A stretch of DNA of 64,000 bases from NCBI GenBank assembly GCA_951406725.2, contig OX597825.1:21452001-21516000 (forward strand), read 5' to 3'. The notes beneath the pieces were generated by a model that made no database searches, was not told the DNA's origin, and worked only from the letters and a program-made list of their open reading frames with translations. How positions within the stretch are numbered: the first letter of the stretch is position 1; the number at the start of each line of letters is the position of its first letter. This document shows positions 54,572-64,000 of the stretch, in pieces. Origin of the DNA: Octopus vulgaris. Taxonomy: Eukaryota. The translations under genes and the position numbers were made by a program.

Positions 54572-54685
54572 ATTTCCGGCAGTATTACAACTTTATCAGA
54601 TGATCTTCTAAAAGCTTTAGACGTTGGCAATGCAACATTGAGAATTTTAACTGGTAAACATCCGATGGGGATATTGGAAGCTAGC
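54572..54685 (+). CDS. chrd: chordin exon (end of CHRD4): ISGSITTLSDDLLKALDVGNATLRILTGKHPMGILEAS
   Basis: gtttgtttcctcag / gtaagt; 114 nt, phase 0/0; resembles QGVVKDL..ELL.HL.KG.ASL.I.T...P.GEL. Confidence 0.9.
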
Positions 54686-54907
54686 GTAAGTATGAGATTG
54701 ATGTGGCGTTATGTGTTATACAACCTAAGGACATGGATATCATAAATAATATATTTCGATATTATGCTGAACAAAATCAAGTGATATATATATGGCTGCA
54801 TTCCAGAGAGATAAGAATGTTTAGCAAATACCTTGACATTCACGCATACAAAGTTGTGTTTAAAAGTTCCTGACTTGGAGTAAAAGGAAATACAGAGGAT
54901 CAGTTAA

Positions 54908-55129
54908 CCTTTTCAATACCCACCCGGCTGAAACCGCCCCTGGCTCTGTAGTACAAATGTCATGTTTACATAAGTTTTGAATTAAAATCTTCCACCAAAC
55001 CTTAGTCACAATTTATGTTCCTAACACTAGCTTAATGATAATGAACTTATTTTATTTAAATTCTTTGTTATATTTAAAATAATTGAAAGGAACACAGAGC
55101 ATCTCAAAATAAATACGGTAACAAAAGGG
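54908..55129. mobile_element. piggyBac-like MITE with TTAA TSD
   Basis: TTAA|CCTTTTCAATACC ... GGTAACAAAAGGG|TTAA. Confidence 0.7.
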
Positions 55130-55958
55130 TTAATTATGAATTTATACAACATGTTCCCCTTTCAGAATACACACTTATTGAGCAGTCCTTCAATTTTTGT
55201 AAGCCCTGTAAAAGAACTCGGAAGGCTGGATTTCCAACCAGGCTTTCGCGATAGCCACCAAACCAAGATATTTTTAGCACCCCATCGTGCAATATATATA
55301 TGTGCGTGTGTGTGTGTGCCTGTACGTATCATATGCATTTGCGTTTAGGTAGTGATGCACAACACTCCGCCACACATACATACATGGTATTCATTGCCTT
55401 GTACGACACAGAAATGTATTAAAAATATGTGGACACTTGTTCTGTATAGCAAACTTTGTCGTCTCTCTTAATGGCGTGTCAACTTGGAGAAATGCTTGGA
55501 TGCTTGAGATTATCTCCCTTTCTAATAATGAGCTATTCTTAATTGTCATTCTGTAAGTATGCCACATCTACAGGCAAAGATAATTTTAATAAATGAAGTG
55601 TTTATGTTGTTTCATATTTGAAATATATTTATTTGTCTACGTTGTTTAAATATATGACACTGGTCACTCTGAGTTATATGTTTTAGCTCATACGTACGCG
55701 CGCGCACACATACTCACCCACACACATACACACGCACACACAATGACAGTATTAATCAACTCTGCATGACGATGAGTTTCGTGGGCGCGGAGAAGATGTC
55801 CGTGTCATCAGATGCAAAAAAAAGAGTGAGAGATTTTAAGACAAATTCAGAATGTCTCCTACGCCTCTATTGGCCAGCTCTCATCACGTGGCCTTAATAT
55901 GGAAATGACTCGAACAGTTATTAGAAATATAAGCAACTCCAACAAAATATGTAGAGCG

Positions 55959-56130
55959 CAGGGGCGTAGCTAGGGTAAATGGCGCCCAGGGCAAGCATCA
56001 AAATTGACCCCACGCAACTAAAAAATGGAAACTCGCATAGAAATGGCTTCATTAGAAAATGATGTTGGCCAAAATTGCACCCCCTCAAAGTGGCGCCCAG
56101 GGCATGTGCCCTGCTTGCCTCACCCCTGGT
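55959..56130. mobile_element. non-autonomous DNA-transposon-like fragment
   Basis: Starts CAGGGGCGTAGCTAGGG with repeated tggcgcccaggg; interrupted by the following SINE. Confidence 0.45.
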
Positions 56131-56132
56131 AT

Positions 56133-56410
56133 GTGGAGGCACATGGCCTAGTGGTTAGAGCAGCGGACTCGCGGTCGAGAGATAGCGTGTTTGAATCTCA
56201 GACCGGGCGATGTGTGTGTTTATGAGCGAAACTCCTAAGCTCCACGCGGCTCCGGCAGAAGGTAATGGCGAACTTCTGCTGACTCTTTCGCCACAATTTT
56301 CTCTCACTCTTTCCTCCTGCATCTAGCGTCCCGTCTAGGTGGGGAACCTATACGCCAAGGAAACCGGGAAAGCGGCCCTAATGAGCCAGGTATGACTCGA
56401 GAAGGAACAA
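56133..56410 (+). mobile_element. SINE family D
   Basis: gtggaggcacatggcctagtggttagagcagcggactcgcggtcg...; homologous to 32159-32458. Confidence 0.85.
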
Positions 56411-56477
56411 ACACCTTCTTTGGAAAACTAGTATCTCTCCCTCATTCTCTCTGTACATCCCCCACACACACACACAT

Positions 56478-56606
<129 letters not shown>

Positions 56607-56620
56607 TTAATATAATGCAG

Positions 56621-56806
56621 GTTTCAACGCCAAACAATTGCTGGAAGCTAACGCCAGATGTAAGTGGAATCGATACATTTTTAGTCGGAGTCACTGATCA
56701 TGATTTCCAGAAGCGGACGCAATGTCAATTTGAAAACAGATTTTATGAAGATGGAGAGACTTGGGCACCAAAAGATGTTAACTCTTGCAAGACATGTGGT
56801 TGCGAG
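56621..56806 (+). CDS. chrd: chordin exon (linker and first half of VWC/CR2): VSTPNNCWKLTPDVSGIDTFLVGVTDHDFQKRTQCQFENRFYEDGETWAPKDVNSCKTCGCE
   Basis: taatgcag / gtaaga; 186 nt, phase 0/0; VWC pattern C.FE......G..W.P....C..C.C. Confidence 0.92.
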
Positions 56807-57144
56807 GTAAGACACACTCGACATTATATGCTTTTCTCCCCTTCTTAATTTGAGTTAATTTTGATTGGTCACTTAATCAGTAGCAATGTTATAAAGAAAA
56901 GCGTCCTGATTTGTTCATCATTCTCTAAATCTTAAGATCTTGCAGATATTTATAGTCTTAGATAAAGTGATCAATTGGGGTGTGTGAATTAAGGATTTTG
57001 TGTTCTCTCCACAAGTTCAGCCATACTTTGGTCCGGACGAGTTATTTACGTATGTATGTACGTACGTATGTATGTATGTATGTATGTATGTATGTATGTA
57101 TGTATGTATGTATGTATGTATGTATGTATGTATGTATGTATGTA

Positions 57145-57350
57145 TGTCCGTGTTTCTGTGTTTGTCCTCCCACCACCACACGTTGTTGGTGTGTTTATGT
57201 CCCTGCAGACTAGCGGTTCGGCAAAAGACACCGATAGAATATGTACTAGGTTTACAAAGAAAAAGTCCTAGGTGTCGATTTGTTCTACTAAAGGCAGTGC
57301 TCCAGCATGGCCGCAGTCAAATGACTGATACAAATAAAAGAATAAACGAA
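57145..57350 (+). mobile_element. SINE family A, 3' half
   Basis: Begins at the internal microsatellite. Confidence 0.75.
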
Positions 57351-57357
57351 TAAATCA

Positions 57358-57398
<41 letters not shown>

Positions 57399-57709
57399 TG
57401 TATGTATATATATATTCTCATACACACAGACATATTGTGAGTGTGTGTGGGATGTGTGTATGTGTGCGAATATTTCACTGCTATAAACCGGCGGAGCATT
57501 TTATGGGCATTATGGAGTGGAAACAGTAGCCAATCGTTGATCATAGCCTCCATGTATTTGTTTGTTACAGGTCCCATTGCCCTTTAATCTGGACCCAGTT
57601 TCTTATCCCTTACGATATACAATGACTGGTGTTTAGCAATCTGATATTAAGTACATCTCACATTTCGTTAACCCTTCCTTGCAGTTAATATAATATGCTT
57701 TCTTTTCAG

Positions 57710-57803
57710 CGTGGTCAAGTGCGTTGCCAGTGGGTACTTTGTCCGCAGTTGTCCTGTAATAACCCCGTCCACATTGAAGGGCAGTGCTGTCCCGTATGTC
57801 CTG
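57710..57803 (+). CDS. chrd: chordin exon (second half of VWC/CR2): [31 protein letters not shown]
   Basis: gctttcttttcag / gtcagt; 94 nt, phase 0/1; canonical VWC ending CCPVCP. Confidence 0.93.
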
Positions 57804-57867
57804 GTCAGTAATCCACTCTATTATTCTATCAATTTTTTTACCCTTTTCTCTGTCTGCTTCTCGCTGC

Positions 57868-57954
<87 letters not shown>

Positions 57955-57999
57955 GTCTGTCTGTTCGTCTGTCTGTCTATCTGTCTGTCTGCCTGCCTG

Positions 58000-58065
<66 letters not shown>

Positions 58066-58147
58066 CATCTATCTATCTATCTATCTATCTAGCTAGCTAG
58101 CTAGCTAGCTAGCTAGCTATCTGTCTTTCTGTCTGTCTATCTGTCTG

Positions 58148-58276
<129 letters not shown>

Positions 58277-58471
58277 TATCTATCTATCTGTCTGTCTGTC
58301 TGTCTGTCTGTTCGTCTGTTCGTCTGTCTGTCTACCTACGTGTGGACATATGGCTAGGTGTGTGCGTGTGTATATGCGTATGCACTTTCGTGCGTGTACG
58401 CATGCATGCCACCTTTTGTGTTTGTGTGTTTGTATGTGTGTTTGTGTGTTTGTATGTGTGCGTGTGTGTAT

Positions 58472-58510
<39 letters not shown>

Positions 58511-59369
58511 AATGGGGAAATAGTTGAAATTCACCCGTGTAATATCTGGTATTGATTTTCTTATATCAACCATCTCCACTGACTTAAATACATATAAAAT
58601 ATCTATAATGATGTCGACATCAAAAGGAAAAAAACAAAAAAAAAAACAACAAGAAATGCAAGAAGAAAGAAAACACGCCTAACACGAATAAAAACACAAA
58701 CGAGCCCCAATCAAAAACAACAACAAACAACAACAACGGGCAATTACAACAACAACAACAACAACAACAAGAACAAATATCACGAATATCACAACAGCAG
58801 CAATAACAACAACAAAACTTCAGAGAAGTGTGTATAGCGTGTAGTTTCAATGGTGGGAAAAAAAAAATGCCGTGCTATTATGTCATAAAACAGGTGATTC
58901 TGAAATGCCGTGACTGGTTTTGATATAAAGTTTTGAGGCGTTTTATTAACTGCTATTTCGTTGCTTGATTAATTTTTATAGCTTTCACCGTCCCACCCAG
59001 TTCATCGTGGCTATGTTTTACACGGCAATGGACAGACTGATGGTGATGGTGAGGCTGGTATTAAGGATTTCTTTACATTGGTATATCATCTCATTGATTG
59101 AACTAAAAGTCAAGACATGACAGGTACTCATTTTATCAATGACCGTGTAATAAAATGCAAGACTATCTCGAAAGGAATTGAACTCAGACGGCCAGAAGAG
59201 GAAAGCTAATACCTTAACTGTCGTGTCCTTCTTTTTGTGTTTTAATTGGTGGGTCTGGAGGAAGGAGCACGGCCCATGACGAGAATTTATTCGCAGCTGT
59301 GCGCTTCTGCGCTTGTGAGCTTGTGCGGGCGCAAACACGTTTTACTGCTACGATCATATTCTTTTATTA

Positions 59370-59593
59370 ATTTACTCTTTTACTTGTTTCAGTCATTTGA
59401 CTGCGGCCATGCTGGAACACTTCCTTTAGTCGAACAAATCGACCCCCAGGACTTATTCTTTGCAAGCCTAGCACATATTTTATCGGTCCCTTTTGCCGAA
59501 CTGCTATGTTACGGGGAATATAAACACACCAGCATCGGTTGTCAGGCGATGGCTTGGAGCGGGGACTAACACAGACACACACACACACACACA

Positions 59594-59630
<37 letters not shown>

Positions 59631-59797
59631 ACACACACACATACGACGGTCTTCTTTCAGTTTCCGTCTGCCAAATCCACTCTCAAGGCTTTGGTCGGGC
59701 GGAAGCTATAGTGGAAGACCCTTGCCGAAGGTGCCACGCAGTGGGACTGAACCCAGAACCATGTTGTTGGTAAGCAAGCATCTTAACACACAGCCAC

Positions 59798-59870
<73 letters not shown>

Positions 59871-60030
59871 TATATACGACGTGCTTCTTTCAGTTTCCGT
59901 CTACCAAATCCACTCACAAGGCTTTAGTCGGGCGGAGGCTCTAGTGGAAGACACTTGCCGAAGGTGCCACGCAGTGGGACTGAACCCAGAACCATGTTGT
60001 TGGTAAGCAAGCAACTTAACACACAGCCAC

Positions 60031-60095
<65 letters not shown>

Positions 60096-60250
60096 GACGG
60101 GCTTCTTTCAGTTTCCGTCTACCAAATCCACTCACAAGGCTTTGGCCGGGGCGAGGCTATATTAGAAGAAAATTGCCCAAAGTGCCACGCATTGACACTG
60201 AACCCGGAACCATGTGCTTGGGAAGCAGACTTCTTACCACACAGCCACAA
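59370..60250 (-). mobile_element. SINE family A with its 5' half present three times in tandem
   Basis: tacgac...ctttcagtttccgtct...acacagccac at about 59642, 59875 and 60093, separated by (TA)n. Confidence 0.85.
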
Positions 60251-60556
60251 GTGAAAAAAAAAAAAAAAATTGCACGCACAAGATTTTCTAAGTGAAGTAG
60301 AATTTTTAGTTCTAACTTTTTATTTAATCTTTTACCTGTCTCAGTCATTGCACTGCGGTCATATTGGAGAACCTCTTTGAAGGTTTTAGTCGAACAGATC
60401 GACACCAGTACTTATTTGATAAATCCGGTATTTATTCTATACTCGTGTGCAGCAGAAACATATGATCGCTAATAAACATGTATCTGCGCAGGTTGCTCAG
60501 CAAGAAATTACAGAATCTCTTTCTTCGTTTTTCTCGGACTCGAGAAATTAACTGCC

Positions 60557-60639
<83 letters not shown>

Positions 60640-60747
60640 GTCTATCTTTATCTATCTATCTATCTATCTATCTGTCTAATTCTCTATCTATCTGTCTATC
60701 TTTATCTATCTATCTATCTCTCTAATTCTCTATCTATCTGTCTATCT

Positions 60748-60825
<78 letters not shown>

Positions 60826-61796
60826 GTCTGTCTGTCTATCCATCTACTTCTCTGTGTATCCTTCTACCTGTCTGTCTGTCTGTCCGTCTATCCATCAAAC
60901 CGTCTGTCTATCTGTCTGTCTATCTATCTATCACTCTTCCTTTCTTTCTTTCTTTCTTTCTCTCTTTCTTTCTTTCATTCTTTCTTTCTTTCTTTCTCTG
61001 TCTATCTGTCTGTCTTTCTCTCTACTTATCTGTCTATCTATCTATCTATCGTTCATTTTTCCATACCGTTTCACCACAATCGAGACCGCCGCGGTCACCA
61101 TCACCACCACCATCACCACAACCACCACCACTACCACCACCACCACCGCCAACACCACCACCACCACCACCACCACCACCACCACCGTTGCCACCCACCC
61201 ATCGACACCACCCCTCCTACCCGAGCTATATCACCTTACTATTGCACCTAGACACACCTGCCGTCTGACTCTTCATCCCAGGACCTATTCACCCCTAACA
61301 TCTGAAGCAACAAACAGTTTCTTTTATTAACCACCCACCCACCCACCCCCAAACCACCCATACTCTTACAACCCTGCCACCCACTACTGAAAAAAAGTAA
61401 AAGAAATAAAAAAAAAAAGCCTCCTCAAAAATCCAAAAACAATTTTAGTAATAAATGAATAAAAATAACAACACGGAATCATCCGAAACATCAGTAACAA
61501 CAACAGCAACAACAACAATAACAATAATAATAATAACAACAACAACGACAACAGAAACAATATCTCCGACGTTGGGAACAGAAACGGCATCAACAATAAG
61601 AACAATAGAAAAAAACCCCAAAATAATAAACAATGATACCAATAAAAATGTGTTAGTGTGTATGTGTGTGATTGTGTGTATGTGTGTATGTGTATGTGTG
61701 TATGTAATTTTAAATATATAGGTATATACACACATGCACGTACAACAGGGGCGAAATATACAGAATAAAACGCGCACACACACACACACATATACT

Positions 61797-62143
61797 TATT
61801 GACAGTGAGTTCGAAGTTTCGACAAGCCAACCCAAGCTATCATATATATATATATATATATATCAAATGTGAGAATAAAATTCTTTTCGAAAAAAAAATA
61901 TTTTCTCGAAAAAAATGTTATCAATGGCCAGCATATTAAAAAATACCTTTAACGGTTAAATTTATAAACAATTCATAAATGAGGGCAAAGGAAAAAAAAT
62001 TCTAATGCCAAATATGCCGAAAAATTGGACATAATGTCCATTAACCATATAATTTATATATAGACATATATACATACATAAACACACGCACACACATATA
62101 TATGATAGCTCGGCTGGTCGATACTTCGAAGTCACTGTCAATA
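61797..62143. repeat. about 48-bp inverted repeats, each a hammerhead 3' half, enclosing another fragment
   Basis: Consensus of the two arms: gtcGAA-ACTTCGAAGT-C-ACTGT. Confidence 0.6.
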
Positions 62144-62248
62144 TTATATTTGTTGAAGAATGTACACTACCAAAAATTTTGAGTAATCTTTTAGCTTAGT
62201 GTAAGATTGTTTTTATTGAAACATAAAAATAAACATTGATACACACGC

Positions 62249-62319
<71 letters not shown>

Positions 62320-63321
62320 AGTGTGTAAGTATGTATATATGTGTGTATATACATGCATGTATATACACATGTATATTTGTCATCGATAGGAGAATTACAA
62401 AAGCCTAGAGTTTTGTGCTAAGCACTGATCAAGTTATATACTACTTATATAGGAAATTCTCTTTGTGGAGTTGTAAGTTAACGTCTACATCGTATTATCA
62501 ATTTTGATGAAACTTGACAGGTGAATAGAACTCATGTCTGGAAACCTCATGTCATACTCAGATTGTTGAAAAAATATCGAAAATAGGGCCTCTGGAAGGG
62601 ATCCTGATATATATCTAATAATTTCTTTTAACAGCCAAGGGAAATAAGCCATTCGCCCCGTGAAGGGATCCTTATATATAGCCAAGTGAAATAACCCATT
62701 CATTTTCCTAAATTATTTGGTATAAATCAAATTGAGCATGCTTATTTCTTAGTATTTGAACTGTTAGTGTTATTTTCGTAATTTATCCAGTACAACCAAT
62801 AAACAAGTAAATAGTATTTCCCTAAACAATAGATTCACTTATTTCGGTGAGTCACTTATTCATGAATATAACAGCACTAGCGCCACCAAGGGTAATATTC
62901 TCTGGGAATGCACAAAAGCCCTTTTTAGAGTTATTTACTTTGAATTGTTATTATCTCACATCTGATTAGCCTGTTATTACGTAACATGCTTCCCGATTTT
63001 AGTATACATACGTTATTAGTATTTCCTCCTGAGCTCTATATACTTGGGAAACGCATTAAATCCAATCTTGTTTGAGATTCGAGTTCAAGAGTATAGCGAC
63101 TCTTGAACACAAATTACGTGCTGCATTGGAATACTCCTATATTCCACACTTTCAGAATCGTAATACGCACACACACCCATGCACACACGCACGCACGCGC
63201 GAACACACACACACTATCTCTCTCACTGTCTACTTCTCTTTACCTCTCACCTCACCACAATTATTAATGCACATCTATTTGTGCATGTATATTTCTACAA
63301 ATATGTATGTATACACAGATG

Positions 63322-63515
63322 CATCATCATCATCATCATCATCATCGTTTAGCGTCCGTTTTCCATGCTAGCATGGGTTGGACGGTTCTACTGGGGTCTG
63401 TGAAGCCAGAAGGCTTCATCAGGCCCAGTCAGATCAGGCAGTGTTTCTACGGCTGGATGCCCTTCCTAACGCCAACCACTCGGTGAGTGTAGTGGGTGCT
63501 TTTTACGTGCCACCC
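63322..63515 (-). mobile_element. 3' part of a LINE-tailed SINE ending in (GAT)n
   Basis: Minus strand: ggttggcgttaggaagggcatccagcc ... catggaaaacggacgctaaacgatgatgatg. Confidence 0.6.
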
Positions 63516-63782
63516 GCATATACACATAAAAGCATTCCTACACACACAATTATTTATATTTGCCTACATATGTACAGATCTTTGCAAGTGGTTGTATAAA
63601 TCCAGATGCACACCTTTAAATATATAAAATATCTTTAGTTTTGGACGTATTTACCAATATTTGCACGTGTGTGTGTGTGTATGTGTGTGTGCATGTATAT
63701 CAAGACGTGCAGCCGTTAATCCAGTTACAATTCTGTCTCCCATTTGTTTTTTTTTTCTCCATCTGTTTTCTTCCCTCATTCC

Positions 63783-63816
63783 TTTCTGAAGAAGAGCATA
63801 GGCTCAAAACGTCAAA
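63783..63816 (+). ncRNA. degenerate minimal hammerhead (G12A)
   Basis: TTT-CTGAAGA-A-GAGC-atag-GCTC-AAAACGT-C-AAA. Confidence 0.45.
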
Positions 63817-64000
63817 AACTCTTTTAATTTTCCTGAGCGTCAAAATAATATACCTTCTATGTTGTTCCCTCACCTGTTTTTGTCTTTGTTTTTCGTTTCT
63901 TTGGAACAATTTGGAAATGCGTATGTATATATGTATGCATATATATGTATATATGGAAAACAAGATATTTTATTCCACATGGGTAGAAGTATATTTTTCC

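Noticed and set aside
56133-56210. Stand-alone tRNA gene
   Set aside because: The tRNA-like head runs directly into a SINE body seen in other copies with TSDs.
63395-63430. CTGATGA-AGCC-ttct-GGCT on the minus strand
   Set aside because: No GAAA or cleavage triplet follows; part of a SINE body.

Overview
AT-rich animal genomic DNA packed with microsatellites and tRNA-derived SINEs; the repeat landscape suggests an octopus or other coleoid cephalopod (inference). The whole window lies inside one + strand gene, chordin/sog (a BMP antagonist). I assembled 14 GT-AG exons (4810-57803, 1812 nt, about 604 codons) in one uninterrupted frame: a linker, all four CHRD domains and the second VWC/CR domain. 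The 5' end (signal peptide, CR1) and 3' end (CR3, CR4) are outside the window or not found. Nearly all ORF-track entries are microsatellite artefacts. The introns hold several SINE families, remnants of an RTE-like LINE, R4/Dong-like LINEs and Penelope-like elements, a non-autonomous Helitron, and piggyBac-like MITEs. The most striking hidden signal is a dispersed set of minimal type-I hammerhead ribozyme motifs, mostly inside short, often fold-back, fragments next to (TA)n and related microsatellites. Their cores show three compensatory versions of the 3-8 pair: C3-G8, U3-A8 and G3-C8. All calls were made by eye; no alignment or folding software was run.
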